Shown in pieces: positions 232,535 through 248,000 of a stretch of 248,000 nt of DNA. Made by a program: the position numbers and the translations under genes. The stretch comes from Wallemia ichthyophaga EXF-994 (lineage: Eukaryota; Fungi; Basidiomycota). The notes under the pieces were generated by a model, which was given only the letters and a program-made list of their open reading frames with translations, was not told the origin of the DNA and did not search any database. Position 1 is the first letter of the stretch. Every line of letters starts with the position of its first letter. The DNA is taken from assembly GCF_000400465.1 (NCBI RefSeq), contig NW_008806276.1:20001-268000 (forward strand). Reading direction: 5' to 3'.

Positions 232535-233353
232535 ATGAAGTTAAACCTCGCCATCGCTGCCTCAATCCTCGGCTTTGCTGCTGCTGCACCAGCTGAGCGC
232601 CAAACTCAAGGCGTCGTAAACAGCTGCTACAAGCCAGACTCAATGGCTATCACCTACGACGACGGTCCATACCAATGGGACTACAACGTTAACAGCCAAT
232701 TCAACGCCGTCGGCGGTAAAACTACTTACTTTGTCAACGGTAACAACTGGAGCTGTATATACTCGGAGGAGAACGTGAGCCGTCTCCGTGCCCTTCACGA
232801 GAACGGCCACCAAATCGCTTCTCACACTTGGTATGTCTTTGAAGTTTTTCAATCTATCAGACACCTCTGACAGCTTGGCAGGGGACACGTCCACCTTCCT
232901 CAACTCACCAACGAACAAATCGATCAGCAAGTTCAACTCGTTGAAGACGCTTTATGGAAGATCATTGGTGTCGTTCCAAAGTTCATCCGCCCACCATACG
233001 GTGAAGTTGATGACAGAGTTGTACAGCACCTCCAAGACAGATGGGGCTTGACTGTTGTCAACTGGTCAGAAGACTCGAGAGACGCTCTCGGTGCATCTGA
233101 CCAAGAAATCTTGGACCTCTACGACGGCTTTGCTTCCGACACAAGTCAATCACACATTGTCTTGAACCATGCCGTTCACGAACCAGCCAGCCACTTGCCA
233201 CAAGTCTACGTCCCTGAAATGCAAAACGCTGGTTACTCACTCGACACTGTTGCTCAATGCCTCTACCAAGAGCCATACAAGGTTACCGGTGGTTACTCAC
233301 AAAGAGACGCCTCATGGACTTGTGAGGGCCTTCCAGCTCCAGGTGAAGCATAA
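232535..233353 (+). CDS. Secreted CE4 polysaccharide (chitin) deacetylase
   Basis: AITYDDGP, HQIASHTW, RPPYG, signal peptide. Confidence 0.88.
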
Positions 233354-233519
233354 GATGCTTAAATCAGCTCCTTATCAATGATGGCACGACATTACAACTA
233401 ACTTCATTACACTTTTAATAGACATTTTCGACTATTCCATTCCTTAAGTAAATGGATTACCTTTGGACTTCTTTTATATTTTACACCTCTATCTTTCTAA
233501 TTGAACACATCAAGACACT

Positions 233520-234865
233520 CATTGATAACATCAGTCTTTGAAAAACGAACATTGTCAATCAATCGAATAATGCATAGTATCACACTAGTTTGGTTGTTTG
233601 AATTTGGTATGTGTGAGTGTACGTGCTCGTGTACTTGTTATGAGTGTTGCAAGTATGTAAGCATTGCTGGCAAACCAAAACAAACTTGCTATCCACAGAG
233701 GTATAAACAGAGGCTGGCCGAGGAACTCCAACCTATATGCGATAGAAAGCCACACAGCCTGTGAAGTAAGCCACAATATCGGCAAAACCACTTTTTGCTT
233801 CGTGCAGAGATTCAACGATGGCAGAACGACAGGCAAGAGCCAAATGTACCAGAGGAAGTACTATTGGGATGAGTTTTGTGAGTGTGCGTTCATGCGTTAC
233901 TTACCTGCGATGTACAAACCCTGTTGAAAGTGACAAACGCGTACGTCTGCAAAAACCAAGCGAGTGGGAGATCCACTCCGCCGTACACAACACCTAATCC
234001 AAGTGATAGGATGAGTTGCGGTACGAGTGAGAGGACTGGATTGGAGAAGAGTGAGACCGTGTCTGGTTGAACGTCGTAATTGAGGTAGGTGGGGTAGAAG
234101 TAGGGCGTGAAGTTGTGTCGGTGGTCCTTCCTCCCCACGTGGTAGAGGTAGGTCGATTCCACAAACTGCATGCCGTATCTAGAGGGAGTCTGAGAGTGAA
234201 ACCTTGTGTGATCACCCAAACTAAACCTACATCCTGTACATGGCCACATTCACAGCTGCAAAGACGCCCAAACTGATAGCCGAGAAAGAGGCCATCCGCG
234301 TAAACGACCTCGTCTTAGACCACATGTGAGCGAGTATCGAAGGTGCGTATATGAAAGGGTATATCTTATAATGAACGCTGAGTGCCATGAATACTGCGCT
234401 GAGCGTGTACTGCTCATGCAGGAGCAAATCGAGTGTGGACATGACAAGTACGCCTATGAGGGATTCCGGGGAGCCTCTGGTGGAAATAGAAATAACGACT
234501 GGGTTTAGTGTCCACAAGAGGTGAGATACATAGCCTCCTCTGCGACCGACGCGCAGTTTCCGCTGAATCCTATCCACACTCACACCAATTGCCAGATCTG
234601 CCAACGAGAAGAGAATTTTACCGAAATTCTCGTCGAGTGTTATATTCGGAAGGAGCATCCACGATAGCAGCGGCGTGTATCTGTACGTCCTCCGCTCGTA
234701 TGGTGACTGCCCACCGTGGACTAACTCAGCAGCTTCGCTCACTACGCGATAATCAACATCTGTGTATGTAGGACCACCGTTTGTGCGCGCTATACCATCG
234801 TAATAGCTCGAATATGCAATCAAAACAGCTCTAATGGCGAGTCCAGTAAGCAGGATCCAAGTCAT
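233520..234865 (-). CDS. GPI14: GPI mannosyltransferase I
   Basis: YTDVDY, YRYTPLL, ISTRGS, YHVGRKDHRHNF, NRVCTSQ. Confidence 0.92.
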
Positions 234866-234908
234866 GATGAAATTAAGTCAACTTGATTAAATTAGTTAAA
234901 TCGATAAA

Positions 234909-236600
<1,692 letters not shown>

Positions 236601-236614
236601 AAATTTGGATACCA

Positions 236615-237330
236615 CTACAATCTGCTTACAAAGTCTCTATTTTCCATCCAATCCAGGCTGTTATTCGAGAGGTGGTTGTCGAGATCATTCAAGTAATCAA
236701 CTAGTGTCTTGATTTTGGCTGTGTCGACGTTGGCGACGGGGAGAGTAACCTTGGAGAGCGACTGGGAATTAGTTGCTTTGAATGAATGTAGGGTGTAGCC
236801 TTTCCATTGCTTGTCCTCAGTGCTTCCACCGACAGCTACACCGACTACGTGCTTGCTATTACCAGCATTCATCTTAATTCTGTTTAGTATTTGTATTCCA
236901 GTTGAGCTCAGCGTTGGATTCTGTTCCAAAATCTCGGACGCCTCGTACATGCCCACCAAATCCATACCTTTGGAGCGTGCGTGGGTGTGTATCTGTGAAT
237001 TTGTAAGTGGACTGCCTATATTGCCTGTACTACAAGTACCATTTCCAGTCCCATTTCCATCACCACTGAGAGCGTGTTCCAGAGGTGCTGCACCGGTACA
237101 GCGTCTTGTGGGAGTGTTAATAGACCTTCAGCACTGCTACGCAAACGATAACACACCAATAATCTCCACCTCATTCGCCTCTATCCTTCCTATCAAAACC
237201 CCATTAATAGCGGCTTCTGGGTATTTGGCTGCCAGTGGTTGTACGTGAGTTCTGTACACTGTTAATACGCCTAAACACACCAGCATGCGCAATAATCTTT
237301 GAATGTACGCGAGTGTTTATGCTGCTCATG
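236615..237330 (-). CDS. EMC8/9 (UPF0172) family protein
   Basis: AAKYPEAAINGFLIG, LNDLDNHL, DWMEN. Confidence 0.7.
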
Positions 237331-237385
237331 CTCATGCTCATGCTGAAAGTAAAGGAAATCAATATTCAAGCCATTTAAAGTAATT

Positions 237386-238050
237386 TTAGTAATGTAATCT
237401 GTGCGTGAAGCATTGGTAGCCATTTGGATTGTTGATCAGGTACTTCTGGTGATAATCCTCTGCCTTCCACCACTTGAATTTGTTTACTGGGTTGATTTGC
237501 GTGGCGATTGTGGAGCCATTTGGTGTAAAGTGAGCTTGCTGGACTTGCTCTCTAACTGAATCAGCGACATTCTTCTGCTCCTCGGAAGTTGGGAAGAGTG
237601 CCGTGCGATACTGTGTACCGACGTCAGCGCCTTGGCGATCAACTTGAGTTGGATCGTGAGTGCGGAAGAAGAAATCGAGGAGCTCCTCGTAGCTCGCATT
237701 GCGCTTGTCCCAAGTCAACGACAAGGCTTCTGCGTGTCCAGTTGTACCCGTACAAACAAGTCTGTAAGAAGGATCGTTGCCTGCTCTGTGATTAGAGAAT
237801 ATGGAGTGTGCGTATAGCTAACCCACCAACGCCTGCATCGTCACCGCCAATAAATCCAACCTCTGCGCTTATTATGGAATCCTTGAAATATTTCCTAAAA
237901 AGCTCCTCCGTGCTGTAGCTGGTGTCAGTACCACCGGTAGATGACCGATAAGAGGAAATTACCCCCAAAAGCAGCCATTTGCGAATATCGAAGTTTCTGG
238001 TTGCGGATCTGGGAGCTGTTTGATCTTGTTCTCCCTCATTTCTGCAGCAT
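237386..238050 (-). CDS. MXR1: Peptide methionine sulfoxide reductase MsrA
   Basis: GCFWG, HDPTQ, DVGTQYR, AEDYHQKYL. Confidence 0.92.
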
Positions 238051-238188
238051 CTCTAGCAAGCTTGATTGTTGGCTGTATCTTTGTGACCATTGTGTGGCTG
238101 TGGCTGTTGTGTGGATTAGGTACAGCACCACGGAAACAACAAATCTCCCACTTCTTCCCGAGTGATTTGAATAAGTTAAGAATATTGA

Positions 238189-238636
238189 TGATGGTTGTTT
238201 GTAACGGTCAAGATGCAGACACAGAATGTTCGCCGTAAAACACAAATGAAGGGTCAATTTACCAAAGAGTGTGAGTGGTGTGGTGTTAGAATGTAAATAT
238301 CCCCCTAACGCGCCTTATGCCTAAGTACGCCCACTAATGTACTCATTCGGCGACGACGTCAATCCAGATCCAGAAGCAACAAACGTGTTGGAGGAGATAT
238401 TGATTGACTTTATAATGGAAATATGCTACAAATCGCAAAAGGCGAGTGGAAATCGCGGTAAAATAAAGATCGAAGACATCAAGTTCGTACTGCGTAACGA
238501 CACCAAGAAGCTGAATAGAGTTGAGGAGTTGCTGTACATGCAAGAGGATATAAAGAGGGCAAGAGCTGCTTTCAATGAAGGTGACATCATCCAAGATGCT
238601 GTAAAGGCTAATGGCAACAAGAAGCCTGCTACTTGA
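238189..238636 (+). CDS. TAF13: TFIID subunit Taf13
   Basis: MYSFGD, KIKIEDIKFVLRND, RVEELL. Confidence 0.9.
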
Positions 238637-238864
238637 TGGATTTCTGATTGAATATTTGAATTACCTCAGCTGCCTTCCCTGTCCACTCGCACTCGCACTC
238701 GCCGCTCGAAACGCAATTCCCGCACAACTCACCAGCCAAATAATGAAATTTGTAAAAGAAATTCTTGAAATTTTTCTCTCATCTGGAGGACTCCTTGACG
238801 CTGCGAATATTGAGCGTAAATTTGGCAGTGTCATTGATATCGCGTCGTTGTACTTGAACACCCA

Positions 238865-241749
238865 ATGGACACCTCCCTAAACATATCAAATATAAATCGA
238901 TCAACTGTGAATTTAATCTCTGAAATCATAGACTCTGTTCCACGCGGTTCTCACTCTTTTCTCTCGTTATTCAATGCTTATAATCAAGTACTCGACGCGC
239001 ACGGAATTGATCAAAACGATGAAGTGGAATTGTATGATTTGCTATTGAAATTGGGTGTCGTTAGAGGACGCGATTGGTTTGAAAGGTGGCAAGCTATTGT
239101 GAATTCTGAGTATTCCGAGTATTCTGAGTTTTCTATTCATAATAGTCATAATATCCATAATAATCGCGATACTGTGTTTTTAGACCATAGCAGCTCACCC
239201 ACTTTATCCAATTCCTCTCATTCTCACTCTTCTCACTCTCATTCCACTTCCACTGCTGCACTGGCTGCTGATGCTAGACAAACTGACAAGGAATACCCTC
239301 CAATCCAATATGAGCACTCGTCTCATCGCTCACCTCAAACACTCCATGCACGCGCAATGGCTAGTGTTCACGCTCAGACTAATCGCGTTCGTCAGTCTCA
239401 ACTAGCACAGAGACGCCAAGAACATCAGCACCACCAACGCGCTCAACTTGCTCGCAAAAGGGAGCTCGACGAAGCGAGACAGCGAGCGGATGAAAATAAA
239501 GTCCTTAGAGAAATGGAAAGCGCTGCTGATGCTTTGCATAATCAAAACATTCTAACACGCACTTTCAACGCTTGGTTTGGACTGTTTAGGTGGATTCACG
239601 AGAGTAATGTGAAAGTAGAAACGGTACAACAATCTCGCATTCTCAGTACCTTCTTTCATAAATGGCAGTATGCACTCAACAGTCATGTCTTTGCTGCCAC
239701 CCACGTTGCAGTGTCGCACGACAATACCAGAATAACAAACGATACCCTCAAACTATGGAAAATTCGTCTAAGACACAGACTTCGCCACAGAAAGGAAAAT
239801 AGATTGCGCACGACATACGTAACTATACGTAAGGGTATTGCGAAGAGATTGATGGAAAAGGCTTGGCAGCTATGGCGGCAAGCAACCGATACGAGGAGGG
239901 CAGATATGAGGTATTCGTATGCGACAATGAGCGCGCATTTCAAGCAATGGAAGCAACGCACCATACAAGTACTCGAGAAGGACAGTCTTGTTGTTGAATT
240001 GGCTACTATTGCGAACGAGAGACGAGCAGCGAGGTTTTTGAATCGCTGGAAACAACGTTGCATTCTCCAAACCCGAGAAAGACAATATGAGGAGAGATGG
240101 CGGGGAGATGCGACGCGCACATACTTTGATGCGTGGAAATACAGAACTGATACCAATAAAGCAGCCGCAGCATGGCGAGATGCATCTGCAGTGCGCACTG
240201 CTTTCTACGCCTGGCAGCGGAAATTGTACACGGTACAGAAATTCACTGCTCTGGCTGATACCTTCTCGCAAGATAGACACGAAGCAATCAGGAGACAGAC
240301 TATACACCAGTGGCAACTCTCGCTCAAGTGCTTCACTTTCCACCTCTCACATATGCACACGCTCGGCCAGCTCGTCCTGCAGTACTGGTACAGCAAAATG
240401 CAAGATGTTCAGGAAAGAGAATTGGTGGCTGAAGAGTACCATTTCGTGCACATCCGGGAGTTGGGTGTAGGTCTGTTCGACAGGTGGAAGTCAAGATGGG
240501 GTGAGGTGCGCGTTAGGAATGGGCTGGCTGTCGAATTCAGGCAAGTGAACAGCCAGCATGTTGCATTGAAAAAGTGGATGCGTAACTACCAGCATAAACG
240601 GATGATGAACAGACGTGGATATGTGCTGCGACGGATGATCCAGAAGAAAAATGCTTTCTATGGATGGAGAATGGCTCTCAGTCGGAAGAGACAGGAAGAG
240701 TGGATAGGCAGACGCGAGCTGACTGTCAAGAAAGACAGCTGGAATGGTGGGTGGTGTGTTGCACCGAAAAACACTCCTGACACATCTACCCAGTGTGGAG
240801 AAACAGATTTGGCGTTCTATGTGACCTCAGAGCTCGAGAAGACCTTTTCAAAGCTGAGCGCACGCACAAGACACTCACATCGGCTGTGCTCCAGAAGTGG
240901 CTTCAGAGGACTATTGACAGCCGCGACGTGATGTATTCTGCCGACATGCTGCACGAGCGGAAGAGAAAGAAGTGGGTGTACTTCCTCTAGCTTTTTAGAA
241001 TTGGTGAGGAGATTCTGTGTGCATTCTAACACAAACCCAGGTCTGTTATGCAGCAGTGGCGAGCCAAGAACACAGCCGTGCAGGGTCTGCACAGCGCCGG
241101 TGCGGCGTACCGGGAGGCGAAAGAAGAGAGTGAGTGGAGTGTTAGAGGGGAGCGAGGAGAGCACAGTCTAACGCAGCGCCCAACAGACACCCGTCGCGGC
241201 ATGCTGGCGAGATGGCAGCGTCGAACGCAGTTGGGAGTGGAACAGAGCAGAAAGTGTGAGCAATTCCTCTCACGACGCTTAACGCGCACGAAACGCACAG
241301 CATTCGAGGCGTGGTACGACCAGATAAAGACACTAGAACTGGAAGCGGTAGAGACGGAGATGCTGATACTGCGTCGGGAGCGGATGCTGCATGCGGGACT
241401 AGCGCGGTGGATGAGCGTTTGTGCTGCACTACCTGCTGTGCGTCATTACAATACCTCTCTCAAGACGCGCACATTGCGCTTGTGGAATGCCCAGCTGCCA
241501 TCGGCACGTAATGCTCGGCTAGCTGCTCATATCAGTCGCAGAGAGTCGCTCACCAAGTGGCTCGGCATGTGGAGAGATAACGTACAGATTAAACGCTCCA
241601 GACGCGCCATTGCACGCGCTAGGACTCTCGGGAAAAGGCCATCGGCGAGTAGACTGAAACAGGCGGCGGCGAGAGCGGAAGCGAGCGCGACACCGTCGCC
241701 TGAGCTGGGAATACGGAGGCCGTTTAGCAGAGTAAATCGAGTGTATTGA
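238865..241749 (+). CDS. SFI1: Sfi1 spindle-pole-body protein
   Basis: Periodic F..W/AW..W Sfi1 repeats. Confidence 0.8.
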
Positions 241750-242058
241750 AATAGTGAAATAAAAATTCATGTCCTTTTTCTCTGGTTTCTGAACCGAGAA
241801 GACTTTCTTCAGCTCGGCCATCACATAATTGCACAGCGCGAAAATGGCTGTGGAGTTCTGAATGTCCGGCAGAGTGACAGCGTCAATTAGAGCAGGCGCG
241901 GTATTTTAGATTGCCGCATCTGTGTCAAATGACGCATAAATTTGTTTTGTAAGATAAACTTTAAAGGATGTATGAGCCTTGTATGTGGTATAAAAACAGC
242001 CACATAGCCCCAAACACACACAAACTGCACGAATCACGCGTGTTTACCGCCTTCTTCC

Positions 242059-243279
242059 ATGTTCATAGCTTCGAGACACCTTCCACCGATAAAACCGGGT
242101 CGAATTCCCTCGATAGAGGATTTGGAGCGGGTAATTAACAGCCTCAGGGCTATATACACGTCGACAGTGGCAGGGATAAAGGTATCCAACCCGACACAAG
242201 GCGTGGATGGGTGGTCGTCGATACATGCCAACGACGATGGCGAGAATGTCTACGCATCGGACACGCGTGTGCAGTACGCGGCGGAGAACGAAGACGACAG
242301 CTTCGAGAGGAAGTGGTCGAGCAACTGGCTGACGCGATTGATAGCCCTAAGCGAGGAGTGGCTGGGTGAGGTTGAAGCGGGAGAGGGAGACGAGACGACG
242401 GAGGCTTACAGAGAGAGAGAGAGAGTCGTAGAAATGGCTGCAGCGGCTCTGGCGTGTGTTGCGGGCATGTCTGGTGAGTTGATGTATTCTTGCATATTGC
242501 AAATTGCATTTGAAAAAGCAACAAGGCTAACGCGCTTACTCTACACTCGTTAACCTACAGCCGCTGGTCCCATCGATCGCACATTCAATTTCATCGGCCG
242601 GGATGCCACACCATTCGAGATAGTGATGCACGACAACACAGTCAACGGCCACGAGGATGTCGGCGCTCAGACTTGGGGAGCCGCCGTGCACCTGTCGCGG
242701 CTGGTATGTCGCTACCCTGACCATTTCGGCGTGCGCGACGGGAGTCGTTTGCTGGAAGTAGGTGCGGGTACGGGATTGGTGGGAATTGCGTGCGCGCAAA
242801 TGGCGTCGCAGCTGGATTACAAGCGTACACAAGTCGTTCTAAGCGACTACCTAAGCGACATAATAGCGAATCTGCGCAGGAATGTCCAAGTGAATCGCAC
242901 AAGCACACCTACACACGTTACACATCTCGATTGGAATAGCAGTGATAGTGAGAGTGCGTTAGGCACGTTCGATACAATGTTCGGTGCAGATGTCTGCTAC
243001 GACCTCAGCCACGCTTACATGCTGCACAACGCAGCTGCTCAGCTGCTGTCGAAGCAGGGCACTTTCCACGTCCTCATCGCTCTCCGTAAGACACATGTAG
243101 GGATGAAGGAGAGCGTCGAGGATGCTTTCAGCGGTCGGTTCATTCAACCAGACGGGGATGCGTTGTGTATAGACAATACAGACCTCTTTGATGTGGAGAA
243201 AGGTCTCGGCAGAGCTGATGAGCTTGGTTACGCTCGTTTCGAGATAAAGTGGAAATCGCAAATTTCTACCTCAACCTGA
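242059..243279 (+). CDS. Protein lysine methyltransferase (Efm2-like)
   Basis: VGAQTWGAA, LLEVGAGTGLVG, FGADVCY. Confidence 0.8.
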
Positions 243280-243480
243280 AAACAACAGCTGCGGTAACGC
243301 GAGCAGCGCGATGTATGCTACTATAGACACACCATGTAGACCACCTCTTTAAATTTATGTTTGTGAAAGTTTTTACAATTTGCGCTGTTTACCGCCTTCT
243401 TTCAACACCTCCAGCTTGATGTCATCGGCAGCTAGAAATCTCGCGACAAAGACGCTCCGTGGGTGTAGATAGCGTGTAGG

Positions 243481-244608
243481 ATGCCCAGCTAACACCGCAC
243501 AGGCTTCGGGATGCTCCCGGCGGATGGAATCGGCCATGAAGTGCTTCCTGTAGGCGGAGAAGGAGAGGGAAGGAAAGAAGCGTGCTGACACAACCTTCAG
243601 CCAGCACAGAGAGTGCTTGAGGAGCTTTCATCGAGGAAAACCCTCCCTAAGCTCGAGTTCATCCCGCTCAACGCAGGATTCGAGTATTTCAGAAGAGCAG
243701 GCGTTGCACTGCCGGATGAGACGATAGAGGTAATGAAAAACGACGTCGACGGCGCTATCTTTGGCAGTGTATCGAGCCCATCGCACAAGGTAACGGGTTA
243801 CTCGTCACCAATCGTCGCATTGCGCAAGCACCTCGACTTGTACGCCAACATCAGACCAGTGTCGACCGTGGATGGGAAAGTAGACATGGTGACAGTGAGA
243901 GAGAACACGGAGTGTCTTTATATCAAGAAAGAGGAGCTGGACACGCTGGGTGACGGGTCAAAGGTGGCTAGAGCTACCCGCCAAATAACCCAGAATGCGT
244001 CTGAAAGGATCGGGAAGCTTGCTTTCGAGATAGCGTTGAAGAGGGACAAGGTCAGACAGTCACAGTCGCAGTGTAGCTCACCTCACACAGAGCCAAGCGT
244101 CTGGTCGATACACAAATCCAACGTATTGAGCGTTACGGATGGATTGTTCAGGGAGTCGATCAAGGCGGCCCACAAGTCTGATGAGAGGTTTAGCAAGGTG
244201 AAGCTGGTTGAGCAGCTGGTCGATTCATTCGTTTATAGAATGTTCAGGGAGCCACAGCTGTTCGATGTCTGTGTTGCGCCTAATCTCTACGGAGACATTA
244301 TATCAGATGGGGCAGCAGCACTGGTTGGGAGTCTCGGAGTCGTGCCATCGATAAACGCGAATGATACGTTTGCAATGGCAGAACCCGTGCACGGATCAGC
244401 ACCGGACATTGCAGGGAAGAATATCGCGAACCCAATAGCATCGATTAGATCAGCAGCGCTTATGATCGAGCATATGGGGTACTCGGAGGCAGCAGCAGGG
244501 ATTTACAGAGCAGTGGATGAGGTTTTGAAGGGGGACAAGGTGACACCGGATCTGGGTGGCAAGGCAACGACGACGGATGTGGAAGAGGCGGTGCTTAGAG
244601 CGTTGTAA
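243481..244608 (+). CDS. LYS12: Homoisocitrate dehydrogenase
   Basis: PADGIGHEV, YSSPIVALRK, RENTECLY, NLYGDIISD, EPVHGSAPDI. Confidence 0.9.
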
Positions 244609-245075
244609 GGGAATAAATGTGTTTATCGGGCTCAACCGAGGAAAGAAATAGCGCAAAAGTGGAGGAGAAGCGAGGCAAAGACAAAGTCAGCGAATGATCT
244701 TGAGAGGGAGTTAAATGGTTAAATGGAACAACGCGTAACCCACCTCTCTGGGGATATTTGAGTGAAATGATGTGCGTTGGATGGATTTGATTGGATTCTG
244801 AGGTTCACGGTGAGGATGAACTGTCCAACCTTTGAAATGAAGCTGAGTGATTGTGAGGTGCTTTCGCCGTATAAAATCCCAACTCACCTTCCCAAGAAGG
244901 CGTTGTACGGTGTGTTATCGATACACAGCGCATAGACGAATTCCAAGACAGCGGAAAGGCATAACACGAGTAAGAAGGAATCCAATAGCTTGTATTGGCT
245001 CGGCGTTTTGTTGTTGTAGCTGTGCAGTAAATTACCAATTATACTCGTCATGGCGGTTCCTCACCAACACCCAAC

Positions 245076-245720
245076 ATGAATATCGTTGTCTTAATCTCTG
245101 GCTCTGGTTCAAATTTACAAGCGATTCTCGATTCTCTGCCGCATCAGCATTCTTCTACGCCGCTAGGAACTCCCGCTCATCTCCACTTGCCTCCTTCTGT
245201 AAACGTTAAGGCGGTAATATCAAACAAGTCAAATGTATTTGGTTTAGAAAGGGCTAAACGCTGTGATCCTCCTATCCCCACCCAAGTCCTCGCCCTCAAA
245301 ACATTCCTCAATCGAAACCCAGGTTCAAGTAGACAAGACTGGGAAATTGAACTCAGTAACATGGTAAACTCACACAAACCTGACCTCATCGTCTTGGCTG
245401 GCTTCATGATGATCCTTTCCCCTGCTTTCCTCAACAATATCCACCAAAAACCAATCATTAACCTCCATCCTGCCCTTCCCGGGGCCTTTGACGGTGCACA
245501 CGCAATTGAGAGGGCTTACGATGCCTTCAAACAAGGTCACATATCCAAAACTGGCTGCATGGTCCACTACGTCATCCCCCAAGTCGACCGTGGTGAGCCT
245601 ATTGTCGTTGCAGACGTGGACATACACAAACAAGACACGCTTGAATCTATGGAAAACAGAATACACGAGACTGAATGGCGGATTATCATTCAAGCCGTGA
245701 AAAAAGTTTTGAATGTCTAG
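245076..245720 (+). CDS. ADE8: Phosphoribosylglycinamide formyltransferase
   Basis: LISGSGSNLQA, LAGFM, NLHPALPG, GCMVH. Confidence 0.95.
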   Translation: MNIVVLISGSGSNLQAILDSLPHQHSSTPLGTPAHLHLPPSVNVKAVISNKSNVFGLERAKRCDPPIPTQVLALKTFLNRNPGSSRQDWEIELSNMVNSHKPDLIVLAGFMMILSPAFLNNIHQKPIINLHPALPGAFDGAHAIERAYDAFKQGHISKTGCMVHYVIPQVDRGEPIVVADVDIHKQDTLESMENRIHETEWRIIIQAVKKVLNV

Positions 245721-247100
245721 CACCGATACACACTTTCTCCCTTGACATATGTCGCCTTAACCTTCCCAGTGTATCTATCGACTATCACCAAATCCCCGTC
245801 TGAGCCTACATCTAAATTGCCTTTGTGTGTCAACTGAAGGAGTGATGCTGGGTGGTAGGAAGCGCATGCGAGTGCCCCACCGAAACACCTCGAGTTTGTG
245901 AATGACTTGAGATTCCTAACACATTCATCTAGCGTGCTAGCGCTTCCAGCGAGCGTGGTAGTGTTCTCCAAATACAGTCTAGCGCCCTGCTTGAATAGTC
246001 TCCTGCCATCGCGCCAGTCGTGGATACCGTCGCCGAGATGGGGGTCCATAAGGGGCATAGCGTCAGTTACGAGGATACACCCACTTGGATGAGCGTCATA
246101 AGCCAATCTTACAGCATTCGGATGAACATGCACGCCATCGACGATCAGCCCATAAAACGGCCTTTTCGGCTGATTGCCGAGCAAACCGATAACGCCGGGG
246201 TCACGGTGGTGCAGCTGCGGCATAGCGTTGAAAAGGTGCGTGATAAACCGCGCTCCGTCGTCCACACACTTACTCGCCAGGTCCACATCTGCATCTGAAT
246301 GTCCGATCGAGACGACAACGCCGGGCAGCTGCGCGAGAGGCGCAATTGCCCCAGCTATCCCATCCACATCTGGAGCTAGGGTGAGCAGCTTCACGCCGCT
246401 GTCGGGTGTACGCAGCTGCGTCGCTGCACTGTCATAAACTCCCTCGATCGAACTCAAACCCCGCGGCGCTGTGAGGAGGAACGGCGGCGCATGCGCTCCT
246501 TTTCGCGATCCTGCTATAAATGGCCCTTCGGCATGGTAGCCGAGGATGTGCGCTGAGTTTGCCTGCGAGCGTGGTCCAAGTAGCGGGATAATCTGGTGTG
246601 TTGGTGTTGGTGTTAGCGGCTTTCATCTTGGCGTAATCACTGTCTCCCACCTCCCGGTACAGATCTTGCTGCTGGGTTATTATCGTTGGCAGAAATGACG
246701 TCGTTCCGGTCTCAACTATCTTTCCAGCCACCCTGTCCAGCCCGGCGAGATACGCGTCCGTTTGCTCGTGCTTGCTCAAATTCTCAGTACCCAGTGGCGG
246801 CCACAGGCTGAAATCGAACCCATAAGCACCATTTATCTGGACATCTATCAACCCTGGCGAGAGTATATCACCAGCGCAATCGATTATTTGTGAAGGAAGC
246901 TCTTGGGCAGCGTAGAAAAAATCCTGTCCTGAGATGATTTTGCCCGTGTGCGTATCGACGTAGACATCCGCGTGGGCTAGCTGTGTGTTTGTGGTTAGTC
247001 GGGCGTGCTCTGCTCTACAATCACTATCACACCCACACTGCCATCACGTTGTAGACACACGCAGTTGGTGAACTTTGTTACTTTCATTTCGTAGCTTCGA
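245717..247100 (-). CDS. N-acetylglucosamine-6-phosphate deacetylase
   Basis: DVQINGAYG, HAEGPF, THLFNAM, DGVHVHP, TLAGS. Confidence 0.92.
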
Positions 247101-247324
247101 TTAGTTATCTTTATAGTTGTCACTATCGTTCACGTTCTCCTTTTCCTTCTCGTTCTCGGCCAACACGCTTAATGCGGCGTAAATGTGTTAATTTCTGATG
247201 ATGACGTCGTACGCTCCTCGCTGTTTTCGCCGGATGCGGTAAGATCTGATGAGCGAGTTTCGGTGGGGTTTTAATTGAATAACTGACGCGCGCTTTCTTT
247301 ACCAAGTAACATTCAACGACACAA

Positions 247325-248000
247325 ATGAGACTGATCATCCGCGACGATAAGCCAGCTGTTGGAGGTTTCACAGCCAACTACATAGCTAAGCGCATAAACG
247401 AGTTCCAGCCAACAAACGATCACCCGCGCTTCGTGCTTGGTTTGCCGACGGGCAGCTCACCACTGCCTGTCTACCACAAACTGATCGACCTGCACAACCG
247501 CGGAAAGGTCTCATTCAAGCATGTCATCACATTCAACATGGATGAGTATGTTGGTATTCCCAAGTCGCATCCTGAATCGTACCACTCGTTCATGTTTGAC
247601 AATTTTTTCAGCAAGGTGGATATAGAGTGAGTAGTCTCTCGAGAGTGTATTCACGTGATTTACAGCTTTACTAACAAGAAACACCGCGTAGACCACACAA
247701 CGCTCACATCCTCGACGGTGAAGCGGAGAATCTGGTAGAAGAGTGTGCGCGCTACGAAGAGAAGATCGAGGCTGTTGGCGGAATAGATCTGTTTTTAGGT
247801 GGAATAGGTGAAGATGGTCACATTGCATTCAATGAGCCTGGTTCATCGCTCGCTTCGCGCACGCGCATGAAAACATTGGCCTACGACACCATCGTTGCCA
247901 ATGCGCGTTTCTTCGACAACGATATAGCCAAAGTACCCAAGATGGCTCTCACAGTGGGCATAGCGACGGTGATGGATGCACGTGAGGTTATAATCGTAAT
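247325..248000 (+). CDS. Glucosamine-6-phosphate deaminase (truncated by the window end)
   Basis: [33 protein letters not shown]. Confidence 0.95.

Overview
Eukaryotic, gene-dense fungal DNA from a basidiomycete, with short GT-AG introns of about 40-70 nt and very short intergenic spacers. The compact layout, two class I hydrophobins and near absence of transposons suggest a Wallemia species, possibly W. ichthyophaga (inference). Most of the window is housekeeping genes (about 140, e.g. CFT2, SEC16, PRP6, POL2, STI1, SRP54, SPB1, NOP7, ribosomal proteins). Four intron-containing tRNA genes are present: Leu-TAA, Val-AAC and two Arg-TCT copies that form an inverted repeat. The top finding is at 169968-170044 (-): a tRNA-Arg(ACG) whose 3' half lies upstream of its 5' half, split at the canonical 37/38 site with a 4-nt spacer. 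This is a candidate circularly permuted tRNA gene, an arrangement I know from red and green algae, nucleomorphs and one archaeon but not from fungi. It sits in a small island with a hydrophobin, an orphan F-box gene and two LINE 3' remnants, each placed head-to-head upstream of a tRNA. The second hotspot is 45-67 kb, an amplified island of secreted-protein genes: a Kex2-type peptide precursor, a killer-toxin-like protein with a diverging C-terminus, and a secreted protein with a copy-number-variable 87-bp repeat. A 35-aa spliced secreted micropeptide and an intronic C/D snoRNA candidate were also read from the sequence. Exon boundaries of multi-exon genes are approximate, and family assignments come from motif recognition, not database searches.
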